Below, piece by piece: positions 12,298-25,620 of a stretch of 64,000 bases of DNA; within the stretch, counting starts at the first letter, position 1; every line of letters starts with the position of its first letter. The DNA lies in the NCBI GenBank assembly GCA_951406725.2, contig OX597814.1, forward strand, positions 7,750,001 through 7,814,000, in the 5' to 3' direction. Source of the DNA: Octopus vulgaris. Lineage: Eukaryota. The notes under the pieces were generated by a model. The model worked only from the letters and a program-made list of their open reading frames with translations. It ran no database searches and was not told the origin of the DNA. A program made the translations under genes and the position numbers.

Positions 12298-13560
12298 TCG
12301 ATGACCGGCACCCGGTCATTGCCAGTGCCACTGGACTGACTCCTGTGCAGGTGGCAAGTAAAGAAACACCGTTTCAACCATGAGCTTGAGGAGACCTACT
12401 GAGTCAAGTACATCAACATCAAAAATCAATGGAAATTGTAGTTGTGATCCCTGTGCCGGTAGCACATAAAAAGCACCATCCGAACGTGGCCGATGCCAGC
12501 CCACCATGACTGGCTTCCATGCCGGTGGCACGTAAAAAGCACCAACTGATCATGGCCGCTGCCAGCCTCCCCTGGCACCTGTGCTGGTGGCACGTAAAAA
12601 GCACCCACTACACTCACTGAGTGGTTGACATTAGGAAGGACATCCAGCTGTAGAAACACTGCCAGATCAGACTAGAGCCTGGTGCTGCCTCCTGGCTTCC
12701 AAGAACCCGGTCGAACTGCCCAACCCGTGCTAGCACAGAAAACGGACGTTAAACGATGATGATGATGATGATGATGATATATACATACATATATATATAT
12801 ATATGTGATATGTATATATAGATGTATATGCCTTTATATATATATACTAGCAGGATTAAGTTAGGATTATTAACCTAATCAAGTTCTTTATTTCAAACCA
12901 AACTAAGTAACATCAACATCAAATTTGGGTGAAATCCATTGAAATTCATAAACTTTTGGCTGAAAACTTGATTGAGTAATCCTATAAGGAATCGGTTTAT
13001 CGATTTTTACCAATCATTAATTTTTTTTTTTCCATTTTTGGAGAACTTAAAGCATTCAAAGATCCCATGAGTCCTAAGTAATGCTGGCATCAAGTTTGAA
13101 CAAAATACATCAAAATAGGTAAAAGTGATGGTTGAAAATGGGGTGTAGCCAGTTTTATTGGGAAATCCTATAAGGAATCGGTTTATCAATTTTTTTCCTC
13201 CTGATTGAAAGGAAAACCCCACAAGGAATCAGTTTATTGATTTTTCACCCCAAATAGGACTTAACCCGAACACAATATTGCTGATTCAAAAACATCTATA
13301 TTTATACTTTAAAGTTAGTTTTCACACCCAACCCAGTTCTGCAGAATCAGTATCGTGATGGGAACGCGTGAGTTGGGAGCTTGATCAGCAGAGGTGATCA
13401 GGTTGCACATGCCACCCCTTCGAAAACACCACCTCCATCATCTAACCCCCCTTTAACCATGGGTTGGGAACCCTTCCAGCAAGGAAATTAGAATGCCCAA
13501 AAGGCCCCCCGATCCTCTGTATCAGAAGCGGTTATGTTCAGATCACAACTAAGTCTTAAG

Positions 13561-13591
<31 letters not shown>

Positions 13592-14072
13592 GCAACACAC
13601 ATACACACAAGTACGTACATACACCTATTGCATACATGATTCTTGTACACATTCATGTTCATGTGTGTGTGTGTGTGTTGCCCGTATATCAACAGAACAC
13701 ATTTTTCCTTGATGGGAAAAAAACAACAAAAGTCTTAACAAAAACTTAATCATCGCTAGAAGGGGATTTAACTCCTGTTTGTAAACAATGGTCATTTCTC
13801 CGACTTGAAAATTGTTAAAAGTCTTGGTTGAAAATTTATTTTTACTACTATTAGCTGCTGCCTCTGGGAAAAATAAGTTGATGAAAATACAGCTAGAGTC
13901 ATGATGAATGTCCTCCTAAAATTGGAGCGATATGCGTGCTAATTTGTGGACATGCATAAATTACATTCACGTACACACACACACACACACACAACCTGCC
14001 TTTTATATATACAGATATATATGTATATGATATATATGTATATGTATGTATGTGTGTGTGTGTATATATGTA

Positions 14073-15095
14073 CGATGGGTTGGTGCCTTCCTCTCAGATC
14101 GCTCCTTCCAAGTCCAAGTTGATGGTTCACTGTCCAACGTCTCCAGTGCGAGCAGTGGTGTGCTTCAAGGTTCAGTGCTTGGGCCCTTATTGTTCTTAGT
14201 CTTCATAAATGACTTGCCCGACGACCTCACGCAACACACCCTTCTATTTGCCGATGATGTCAAACTGGTCGCTCTTCGCGGTGATATAGAGGATCTTCGT
14301 CGATGCCTCCACCAAGTTTGGAGATGGTCTAACGAATGGGACCTGTGTCTGAACATGTCAAAGTGCTGTCATCTGCCTGTTGGCTCTCCTCCTACAACTC
14401 AACTTGATTTCGAGCTGGGTCGTCTGCTGCTGGAGAGGACTGACCAGGTAAAGGACCTGGGTATCTTGGTGGATTCTTCCTTTTCGCCTTCGGCCCAGTG
14501 CGTCCATGCCGCCAACAAAGCACGCGGAGTTCTGTTTTTGATTCGACAGTCATTCGCAGCAGCCATATTCCTACCGCTCTATGTCATGCTGGTGAGACCC
14601 ATATTGGAGTACAGGTTTCAAGCCTCTTCTCCTTATCTCGTCAAAGACATACATCATCTCAAAAGAGTCCAGAAGCTGGCTACCTGCATGGTTCTTGGTC
14701 TCAAGCATTTGTCTTATGAAGAAAGGCTGAAGACGCTCGACCTTTATTCTCTAGAAAAATGACGACACCGTGGTGATCTCATTCTTGCTCACAACATCAT
14801 AAGCGGAAAGTGTAACCTCTCGAAAGAGCTGTTCTTCACTCCTGCTCCAAAACGTCGGCTGCGGGGTCACTCCGAAAAGCTCTATCTGCGACGATTTCAT
14901 CTCAATCGAAGGAGAGGGGCTTTCTCTGTCCGGGTTGCGGATCCGTGGAATAAGCTGCCGGACGAGATAGTGAAGATGCCGACGACCGCTCAGTTCAAAT
15001 GGCCTGAACTCTTTGCATGAACACCACCCTGTACATAACTCCATGTCCCCCTACATGGCCTTGCTTTTTGCTTTTTGAGCCCAAAAATTAACTTA
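14073..15095 (+). mobile_element. CR1/L2-group LINE 3' fragment (RT C-terminal half)
   Basis: SGVLQGSVLGPLLFLVFINDLP, LFADDVKL, VKDLGILVD, SYEERLK.LDLYSLE motifs; a stop at 14760. Confidence 0.88.
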
Positions 15096-15119
15096 ATTAT
15101 ATAATATATGCATATTATG

Positions 15120-15186
<67 letters not shown>

Positions 15187-15211
15187 CACACACACATACA
15201 TATATATATGA

Positions 15212-15250
<39 letters not shown>

Positions 15251-15292
15251 ATATATATTATATATATATTTATATATATATATATTTTATTT

Positions 15293-15620
15293 AAGACCCC
15301 CTTCAATCATGAATGACCATGGGTTTGCACCAAGAAAGTCACCCTCCAAGGCACAAGTCCATGTAAGGTTGTTTATGAAAAACTAGCAGTCACCCATGCA
15401 TACCGGCCTCCCCTCTCCATGCCACTGGTGTTATCCAAGGGAAAGGCAAAGGGACCGATACAGCTTGGCACCAATAATATCACAACTCATTTCTACAGCT
15501 GAGTGAACTGGAGCAACGTAAAATAAAGTGTCTTGCTCAAGGACACAACACACAGCCCAGTCCAGGAACTGAACTCACAACCTCACACTTGATGCTCTAA
15601 CCACTGAGCCATGTGCCTAT
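15293..15620 (-). mobile_element. tRNA-derived SINE
   Basis: Minus strand reads ggcacaTGGCTCAGTGGttagagc...gagttcagttcc (A and B boxes), then tgtgtccttgagcaagacac. Confidence 0.7.
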
Positions 15621-16129
15621 ACACACACACACATACACACACATATATATATGAAAACATACATATATATGTGTGTGTATATATATATATACATACATAC
15701 ATATATATATGCATCAGCATGGCCGCAGCTCTGAGCTGAAACTAGAGAAAAAAAAAACATATATATATGTATATATATATATCAAACTAATTTAGAGACG
15801 AACCACCATTCCACAACTCAGTCAATGAAGAATCCATCCAAAGCCATCCTGTGAGACATAAACCATACAAATGCTAATCTAAAATTTTAATAATATATAA
15901 TATTGAACAGTAAGATTTTTACATATAAGAGGAAATACTTTTAAAATCACAGCAAATACCATACAAAGAAACATTCATCATAAAACTATTAATCTAAAAT
16001 TCAAATAAAGTATAAATTCAATTTATACTATACAGCCTTGGTTTTTTTTATCTCATTACACAAAAAATTTGTATATGTATATATATCTTTTATCGTTTAC
16101 CTAGACTGCAACCATGCTGGGGTCATTAG

Positions 16130-16910
16130 ATCAAAGAAACAGGCCTGGAAGTGTGAGGGCAGCAGGGAAGAATATCAGGTAGCCAGAGCAGAAGGCTGAG
16201 AGACAGATGTATCTAGGCGAGGGAGAAGCAGAAAAAAAGTTTGCCTATGTTCAGTGATGTGAGGACCAAATAACTGAAGTATTTCAGATTGCAAAACAGT
16301 GTGAAAGAAAATTGTGATGTTATAGGAGAGAAATGTGTCTGCATGGATGTTTGTGCTCTTGGGTTTAGTGATTCTGCAAAGAAAGAAGGTTGGAGATGCC
16401 ATTATGAAAGTCTACTGAATGTGGAGAATGAACAAATGGGAGGAGGAGGCGAGTCTGCCAAATGTTGACTAAATTGACAACACCTTAGTAGATAACGCAA
16501 TTAAGGATATGAAGACAGGGAAAGCCCCTAGCCCTTCAGAAATCACAGCAGAGGGGCTTAAAATATCTCACAGTGTAGGTTATGGTCTAGTCACCCATAT
16601 TGTAAATCAGGTGATACATGAAGGAGTCATATCCAATGACTGGTGTAGCAGCATCATAGTCAACTGCTACAAAAGTAAAGGTGATGCTTTAAATAGAAAT
16701 AACTACAGAGGTATCAAATTATTGGATCGGTTGATGAAAGTTACAGAGAGGGTCATAGCCTAACTAATTAGGGAGAGAGTTAGCCTAGATGAGATGCAGT
16801 TTAGTTTTGTGCCATGCAGAAGTACCACTGATGCTATATTTCTGGAAAGGCAACTGCAGGGGAAATACCTAGCCAAAGATAAACCACTGTATTTGATTTT
16901 TGTTGACCGG
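16130..16910 (+). mobile_element. RTE LINE internal fragment (start of RT)
   Basis: MKTGKAPSPSEIT...DWCSSIIVNCYK.KGDAL...NYRGIKLL motif. Confidence 0.85.
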
Positions 16911-16919
16911 AAGATTGTT

Positions 16920-17970
16920 TTCAAATTTTAGCTGACCAATTAGGTTGTAGTATTGACTTTGACCTCACCCCACTACACATAGGGATATTGCGATTAGGTT
17001 TCAGTCAATAAGTAACAAATAATAACATCGCACCAAGGTTTCACCTATTTTTTCTTTCATTAATGTACTTGTGTATTAATTTTTCCCTGACAGGTCCAAT
17101 TTCGGTTATTTCTGCCAACTCTTTTCATAATGCTATATCTATCAAATAGTGGTTAGCCTCTAACGTCTGACCCTTGTAACATGGACCAAACCATTAAATC
17201 CACCATATAACATACTACCTTCACTATTTTTCTCTGAATAATTGAAACACGATGTAAAACCACAGCCTACGGATATATCTCCTGAGAGTGACTTTATTTA
17301 CTTACCACAGGATGGAATATCAAGGATTATAACAACACCTTAAAATGAAGTTCTTATCTTTCCTTACCAAGTCTATTACATTGCATTATATTTTATTTTT
17401 ACCTATTTTCTTCTATCTTATCTTATTTTACCCTACTCTATTATTCTAACTGAATTTCCCACATGTTAGTTCCCTAACATTTGGACTCCCTGAAGAAATT
17501 TAAGGGCTCAACCATTATCCAATCTCTGTCCAATGTTTGTTCATTCCTGTATATCACTGATGTGATGAGGATGACTTGGAAGACTCTGGGGCCTCATGGT
17601 AGAAATGGCCATAAGGGATTTTTAACTGTACACTCATCTATTATTATTCATTCATTTCTATATATATGTGTCTGTTTACTTACTTATTGGCTGATCTCAT
17701 TCGTTTACTTGTATCACTTAAACACATCTTTGTTATCATTTAATAGACATAATTGAAAGTTTACTGGCTGATGTTTGTCGATTTTATATCTTCTCCATTT
17801 CCTTATTTGCCTTATAAATCCTGGATAAATTTCCATTCTACCCCCATCCACACCCAATATTCAACTGTAATATTGCCATGCACTTGGTTAAAAATACGTA
17901 GGTACACGTCCAGTAGTATATTGGATATTTAATATCCCTCAGATGGTTTATTAACCTCTAACTCATAGAC
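16920..17970. mobile_element. Probable Penelope-like relic with degenerate hammerhead-like motif (~17551-17620)
   Basis: ctgatgtg-atgagg...cctcat-ggta-gaaa-tggcca-ta pattern with a palindromic stem III; the core is non-canonical. Confidence 0.3.
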
Positions 17971-17987
17971 ATATATATATATATAAA

Positions 17988-18061
<74 letters not shown>

Positions 18062-18644
18062 CATACAGACAGACAGATAGATCTTTCACCCATGGTAGTA
18101 TTGAATATATTCTTAAGGTCAACTTTTAGTCACTCATGAGCTCTTCTAGCCATCATTGGTAATTCACTTCTGAGCCAAGCTGAATGAAGTACTTTTAGGC
18201 ACAAAATGTTCCAGCCCTAATTGACATTTGGAAGTAAAAGAATGAAATTTGGTTCATCAGGAAAAAAGTTAGCTCAAAATATTTGATGTCAAGAATGAAA
18301 CAGGTGAAAAATTGGCTTTCAATCAAAATATCTCAATTATTTTAAAAGAAATGTATAAATTAATTGGCTTTAAAAGAATGTGCTCATTGAGATAAATTTT
18401 TTGGTGAGAACCTCATTAAAAAATTTTAGCTACAAAAGTGTTTTCACAGCAATTCTATATTCAAGTTTGTTTTATTTTCTGTAAAAATATCACCTCACTT
18501 TGTACCTCAAAGTTTGTCTCTCAAAATATATCATTCACCCATGGCAGTCAGCATTTCTAGAATTCATCACAAATTCAGTTATTTTCAATTTAAGTTGATA
18601 TTTTGGAATTTGAAATTTCTTTGTATTAAGCAGGTGTATGCATC

Positions 18645-18810
18645 TTGGGAAGTCATCTGGGAGCGAGAGGTGGAGTTACCGTGATGGTTCAGAAAAATCT
18701 GGATCTTGCAATACAGATGATCTTCCTGGATCCGGAAGGTAAGTCACTGGTTCTGGACGTGAAAGACTGTGAAGGACATACTTTCAGGCTAGTTGCTGTC
18801 TATGCATCAT
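18645..18810 (+). mobile_element. L1/Tx1-type APE endonuclease fragment
   Basis: Translates to GARGGVTVMVQKNLDL...FLDPEGKSLVLDV...RLVAVYA, homologous to 24090-24503. Confidence 0.65.
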
Positions 18811-19080
18811 CATAATGGACATCATGACCACGATGTTTATTATTATGATGCTCATGATGATGATGACGATGATGATGGTGGTTATCACAATGATGACGGT
18901 GATGTTGATGATAAGTTTATAATCATGAAGCTGATGATAATGATGATGCTGATGATGATGATGATGATGGATAAAGGTTTTATTTTTTTATTTCTGTAAA
19001 TTTTCACAAGTCGTATTTTTGAAAATTTAAGTCAAAAAGAGAAAATTTTACAAAACAATGATTAAAAAATAAATAAATAC

Positions 19081-19115
19081 CTTTCTCCGCCATGATTTCA
19101 ACAGGTATTTTTGCT
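19081..19115 (-). CDS. Probable start-codon exon of the macro-PARP gene (ATG at 19093, MAEK-G)
   Basis: ttttcttttcatttgcAG acceptor, AAG|GTATTT donor, Kozak-like aaatcATGG. Ends in phase 1, matching exon 2973-3103 (G+GA = Gly). Confidence 0.65.
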
Positions 19116-19186
19116 CTGCAAATGAAAAGAAAATAATTAGGAAAAACATTGTTAAGTTATTAAATACATCATTTGTTGTCAAAGTA

Positions 19187-19256
<70 letters not shown>

Positions 19257-20034
19257 ATTACAGTTAAGAGAGAGATCAGAACAACTGGGCAGGACTCAGA
19301 CAGGAATCCATCTCCCCCCTTTACCATTCAGATTCCTCAGCCAAATGCAATGCTTATATCTATTCACATTGTTTTGAATCGATGCCATTATCTTTCCTCC
19401 ACTAAGTTTCATTTCATTAGTATCATTGTTGTTGCCATCATCATCATCATCATCATCACCAAATATTTTGACACTGCTTAGGTATGAAAATGTATTCACC
19501 TTGACAACATCATTTAGTGTAACCAATGCTATGTCGGCATTCTCTCTTTTTCATAACAAGGAACACATCCTGTTGTCAAAATTAAAACAATTTCTTTACC
19601 AGCCATCTTTAAATGAATATAGGAAATAGCTTTTCTTGTTAATTGTTGAAAATCAAATAAATATAAATGTGTGACTCCTTGGTGATACTCTACCCTAATT
19701 CATCTCCTTACTCGACCATCCCATCTATGCCCTGGTCCCCTTTCTTTGCAAGTATACCCAGGCACTTTCCACCATCCTTCTCCTGATCTTGCTGTCTCCT
19801 ATCTCTCTCTCTCTCTCTCTCTCTCTCCCTTGCTCTCTGTTCTGGCAGAGTAATTATGTATCTCTTCTACAGCAACAAACCTACCTCTGCCCTCATTCTT
19901 GATCACTCTCTCTCTCCCTCCTTACCTCTGGTTAGGTAACCACGTATCTCCTTCACAGCAGCACACCTCTTGTTAACTCCCACTCTCTCTTTACTTAACT
20001 GTTTCTGCCTTCATTCTTGTTAACTCTCACTCTC

Positions 20035-21640
20035 TTTGACAGAAAGATGTAGAGCTTGTGGAACTTAGAACAAGACAGTGACACACATTGTGACAGAACG
20101 CCCCAAGTTGGTACAGGAAGAATATAAGAAACGGAGGCACGATCAGAGTGTGAAAGTTTTACATTGTAAAATGTGCCAGAAACGGGAATTTGAAGCTGGA
20201 AACACAGGGTACAATCAAATAGACAAGAAGTTAGAAAGCAATAGACTAGACATAATGATTATAGATAAGGAAAAGTGAAGTTGCTCACTGACTGACCCAC
20301 CATGCCTCTTTGATTCCAGGATCATAAAGGGGAAGAAAAAAACAAATATAATCCCCTAAAATTTAAAATAGAAATTATTTAGAGTATGCAAATAGTAAAG
20401 GTATTGCCTATAACAATTGGTGAGTTGGGAACTGTAAGCCAAAGCATAGACAAATGGCCGAAGGAGATTGGAATGGAATGCCCAGTTGAGCTCTTACAGG
20501 AAGTTTGTCCCTTAGGGATAGCAAGGATTATCAGGAGGGTTCTAAGCACTTGCAAGACTGCTGAAAACTTGTGGATACTTAAGGTTACAATTAGTAACCT
20601 GCTATTCACATAATTCCTACCAGGAATAAGACCAAACCCAAACCAAACCAAAATAATAATAATATGATCAGGTAAGCGCAATAAGGAAGAAAGGATGGAT
20701 AACAGTATTAGGGTTCAATGAGATTAGGAAGAGAGTGGCAATCAAGAACACAGGGAGCAATGCAGAAGTAAATATAAAGTTGACGATGCTGCACTTAATG
20801 AGAGTAGTGAGGAGAAGGTATAATGTCTTAAGCTGTTAGTGTAGAGATGGACTAAATAATGAAGACAAAGAATGATCGAAGACATTAATAGTATTTTTGA
20901 GGGAAAACACGGATTCAGAAACAAATGGATTCAGAAAAATGGATAGAAATTTGCTCAGTGCACGGACTCTTAATTCGAATAAAATGCTGAAAGAAATCAA
21001 GACAAATAATATAACCAGAACAAATAAATTGATAAAAGCCTGCATTATCTATGTAGGAAATAATGTAGGCCTCGAACCAAACCATAAATGTGGGAATGAA
21101 GGAAACGAAGCTTGGTGGAAAAGAAGAATAAAACAATCAATGAACAAACTATGAAAACATATCAATATTTTGGAAAGAAAGAAGAAAAGATGAAATCAAT
21201 AGAGAGGAGAAATATCAGGAACTAGAACGTAGATAAAGGATAAAGAGAAAGGGACTAAATGTAGTTCTTGAAGAGCTGAAACAAAGATTGCAGGCTAAAG
21301 CGACAAAGATTAAGAGATATGACTAAAACATTGAAAAATATAAAATCAACAGTTTGTTCCAACAAGACCAGAAAAGGGTTTATTAACAACTGAATGGAAA
21401 GGTTAACAGCAGTGAGAGACGAAGCACTGAAGAAAGTAAAAGGTTTTGGAATAATGGAAGAAAGTATAACAAAGATGCTATATGGTTGAAGGAATTAAGG
21501 TTGGAAAACTATGAAGTGGAAAAGGGCAATATTAGGATAATGACTGAAATGGTAACTGAATGGACAACAAAGATCCCAAACTGGAAATGCCCAGGACTGG
21601 ATAGGGTAGAAGGATATTAGCTGAAAAATTTCCCTTCGCC
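20035..21640 (+). mobile_element. R4/Dong-like non-LTR retrotransposon fragments: 3' end (20035-20665) followed by a 5'/RT-start region (20680-21640)
   Basis: THIVTERPKLVQEEYKKRRHD (zinc knuckle), RLDIMIIDKEK (REL endonuclease PD motif), (TAA)n tail; then WWKRRI...LEELKQRLQAK...KIPNWKCPGLD. Confidence 0.75.
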
Positions 21641-24600
21641 ACACAGACCAAAAGTCCTCCAGAACAGACAAGCCAGTTCATCTTCGTGATACCAAGAAAT
21701 CTCCCCTAGGATGTCGTTGCACTTTCCAACCACTAATCCTCTATAAATAGCCAAAGTGGAACATCCATCGATCCTTTTGTCTGACTGGTAGAGGACAGTG
21801 AGTGCCTGATGACCTTCTAGGTGCCCAGTCTTCATCTATTCTTTACTGAGGACTGCAGCTCTGTCAAAGAGACAAGTTGTGAAAATACATGCCTCACAAA
21901 TGGAGCGCACATTGCAGGTGATGCAACCTGAGCACGTGACTGTGCATCAAAAAACACAGCATGCTTATTCCTCCACTCAGAGGGAGCTGGCAGCAGGATG
22001 ACCGCCTGACCATTGGAATGCATCCTTTCCACAAGAAGATGAACAAGAGATGCTCTAGCTTGATCAAACAATTACTGGGGTGAGGCATGATGGTCAGATG
22101 GTAAATAATGATGGAGGCAATGTAGGCATTCACCACCTCAACCTAACATTTCAAGGACAGTTTCCTCTCTGCCCACTTCTGGGTAAGACTGGCCACCCTG
22201 TTTGTCACTTTGTCCCAGTTCTTATCTTTGGGATCAAACCAGATCCTGAGCTGTTTAAGTGGTCCAGCAGTCTGGCATTAGATGGCGCCATCTGATGGCA
22301 TCAACCTGCCTCTCCAGGTGCCCATTTGCAAGCCCACCAACTCCTCAGTGTTAATTTTCGCACCTACAACCAATTCATATTCCTCTACAATGGAGCTGAC
22401 CGTCTCCACTTTGGAGGCATCCGATACCATGATGATGATGATGTCCACACATGTTAACATTGCCATTCTATGTCCCAGTTTGAAAGGGATGCCCCTCAGT
22501 TGTTCAGAGTTTTGCAGCAGCAGCTTGAGAGCCAGCACATACAGAAGAGGGGACAGTGGGCAGCCCTGTTGGACTGAGCATGTGATGCTAAATGATTCCA
22601 ATAGATGGTCATTTATTTTGACCATCCAGCAGGTGCTACTGTACATTGCAGTGATTCAGCCTCTGAAAATGGGTCCAAAACCAGCTGCTTTAATGACAGA
22701 TTACGAGTAGCAATGGTTGACTCTATCGAATGCTATTGATGGATCCAAACTGATTAGCCCCCCCCCCCCGCCAAATCCAGCTTTCGTCCTAACGCTCTCT
22801 ATGATGTATCACATAAGGTGAAGGTTGTCATGGATAGACCTATTCAGGATTGCACAGATTGGTGATTCCTCAACAAGATTACCAACAAGCACCAACCTTT
22901 TTGCTAACACGTTGGCCAAAATTTCCTAGTACATCCCCACTGTCAGCTTCTTTCTTCAGCAGTGTCACCACACCCTGACTAACAGCACTAGGAATTCTCA
23001 CATTCTGTTGCCAGTTGTGGTAAACATCTGCCAAGAGGTTGACAAACAAATCTAGCATGATGATTAACAACTTGCGTAATTGTCCATCACCTCTCATATT
23101 TCAGTGGCCATTACTGGCTTTTTGCTGAACCTTGTGTCTGCTGCTGAGAGCTGCAGCAGATTACCTAAATATGAAATAAAGTCTGCTACCATCACTGACT
23201 CATCGTCCTCCCCAAACAGCTGCACAAAGTGCAGCTGAAGAGCTGTGCACATCTGCTCAGAACCATGTAGCATGTGCCCATCTTGATACGTCAAAGACCC
23301 ACTCATGGTTTTTTACCATGATGTGTTTCCATCATTTGAGCCTATCGGATAGCTTTAGTTCCCTCACGTCTTAGCACACAGGCCTTAGTTCTGACAATGC
23401 AACCTTAAATGATCAAGAATCGTTCTTGCCACTAACACATCAATCACGATACCTTTAGTAATTGTTATCTCTAGTTAACTAACTAGTTCTCCCTCTCACC
23501 TATTTTCTTCTATTGCTGTTATGGGAGAATCCTGTACACCCCCCACGTGACTGACAGAGGACTAACAGATTTCAATAAATAAAGAACTGTGTGAACTGTC
23601 CGTAGCAGTTAACAGTGTTGGTTGACTGTATAGGTTACTGTGTTAGTGTGATGTGTGTTGGTTTACTATCTTACCTACATCCATCTAGTACAAAGTATGT
23701 TCTGTGTGAACATAATAATTCTGCTATAGATTATTTCTAGATAACCATATCCAAATAATTAGTCTTACACCCAACATGTACACACGTCATAACACTAACT
23801 CTTTGTTAAATGCTATCAATTCTGCTCTAATTGTCCTCTTCAGGGCTATTCACCAACAGCTGCTGATGATTACCCCTATCAAGTGCCACTTAATTAGTTC
23901 GTGTATCTGGTCCCTGTAAGTATTTGTGTGTCAGAAGGGATGCATTCAACTTCCAGTAACCGGCTCCCCGTCTATGAGTGCTATCTAAATCAACTGTGCA
24001 GGTCACAAATTTGTGGTCTATGTAGCTGACCAATATGAATTGTGAAGACCCTACACTATCCTTATCCACTAACCTAACAAATACTCTCTCTACATACGAT
24101 ATGGATGACCCATTTTGGTTGCTCCATGTCCACACTGGCACATCAGGGAAATCCAGTTGATACCTGTCAGAAAGCTGGAAGTTTCTGAGCAGGTTTTTGA
24201 GACTTTTACACCCACTTCTACTATGTACAAGACTTTCTGCACATCCAAAATACTATTCCAGTCCTCCACTTGTACTAAGGTGTGAGACGTTCCCAGAACT
24301 GTTTCTAGAAGCCTAAAGAAATCTGGCTGTCCAGCCCTTGTCGGGGTATACACAGCCACCAATCTAAAAGCACCACATTCACTGCCAATCACATCAAGCA
24401 CCACCAGCCTACTCTCTGGGTCCAAGAAGACTTCCCTTGCTTTGAGATCTAAGGATTTCAGAATAACACTGCTACACCGTTGCCTACTCCCGATAAATAA
24501 CATGACGAGAATACCTTGTAGTCTTTGAAAATGGATGCTAGAGCATGTTTACCAGAAATTCTTGTCTCACTAATTGCTGTCACATCTAAAGTAAGGGACC

Positions 24601-24690
24601 TGAGATTGTTGAGCAAGTAACCCTGCTTCCAAGCCGAATCCAGGCCCTGAATATTTACACACCCAACTCTAAGTATAGTCTTTTAACTTA
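21640..24690 (-). mobile_element. Decayed L1/Tx1-clade LINE ORF2 (APE-RT)
   Basis: RVGCVNIQGL...AISET, RLVAVYTP, GAGYWKLNASLL, SVQQGCPLSPLLYVLA; many stops and frameshifts. Confidence 0.88.
23517..23794. mobile_element. 278-bp insertion with TGTTATG...CATAACA ends (solo LTR or MITE) inside the Tx1 ORF2
   Basis: Perfect 7-bp terminal inverted repeat and AATAAA at ~23575; Tx1 coding text resumes on both sides. No clear TSD. Confidence 0.55.
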
Positions 24691-25199
24691 GAGGAAAGAA
24701 AATGGAATTGTACACCTTGGTCTCCAGGAATGACTGTTGACATAGTCTTCTTTTTGGTTGAGTGCGGAGTGGGGAAGGGTTTTTCTAGGAAGTTGTTTTT
24801 TGGGTACTTTACTAAACCCTCCAATGTCCTGGGGGGATTTGTTTCAGATCAAGTTATGCATCCATATCTGTTTGGATTAACATCCTGTCCAATGGAGTTT
24901 TCAGGAGGAGTTCTGCAAAACCTTCTCCATTTGTTACAATGTTTTTGTTATTAATTACTTTCTCAATCAATTCAATGTTGCTCTTCTGAACAACAAAGAA
25001 GTTGATAAAAGAAGTGTGTACCTGTGCGTGTGACTGTCAGTCATTTTGTTTTTCAAGTGTTTCTCTTTGCTTTTGTGTTGTTTGGAGTTGTGAATGTTTT
25101 TGTAAAAATGGGTTGTCTTGTGATGAAGGTGTTGATGTTGGTGTTTAGTTGTTCTTTAATTGGTCTTGTGATGGATTTTGTTTTTTACCATAATGTCTT

Positions 25200-25620
25200 A
25201 AGGCAATGGTTCCCAAACCTTTTTCTCTGAGCTGCATTTTTAGAAGGAAAATTTGCTCACACCTCACAAAATTTTATGTGATAAAAAGTACATTTAAAAA
25301 TAAAAAAACATGACTAATAATGCATTAAATCTCTATTTATAACACAAACAACTTATAATTTGATTAAAGTACAAAAATTTAATGCAAGGTATGACCTTAT
25401 TTTTGATGCGTAGTCGCCTTAATATTTGGTTTAATTTGAGATAAACAAACTCTCTCCTTCAAACAAAGAAGCCTTTCCATTCTTTTTGGTCTTTGATATT
25501 TGTTGGAAATGAAAATCCTTCTTCATGGCAATATGTTACAGAGAACTGTAGAAGAATGGATAATACTTTTGAAGAGACACATAGATATTGTTTCTGATTG
25601 TATATACAAAAAGATGCTTA
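25200..25620 (-). mobile_element. hAT (Charlie/SPIN-like) 3' end with TIR and dimerisation-domain remnant
   Basis: caatggttcccaaacct TIR-like end; minus strand reads ILLQFSVTYCHEEGFS. Confidence 0.6.

Larger units (their letters stand above)
9385..12778. mobile_element. Cluster of RTE LINE 3' ends in both orientations (9385-9718 +, 10168-10895 -, 10912-12028 +, 12315-12778 +)
   Basis: RT C-terminal ORFs 10707-11462, tandem tggcacataaaaacaccatccgagcgtggc units, shared terminal motif and (GAT)n tails. Confidence 0.85.

Noticed and set aside
18793-18999. His/Asp/Met-rich small protein
   Set aside because: It is a degenerate (GAT)n microsatellite.
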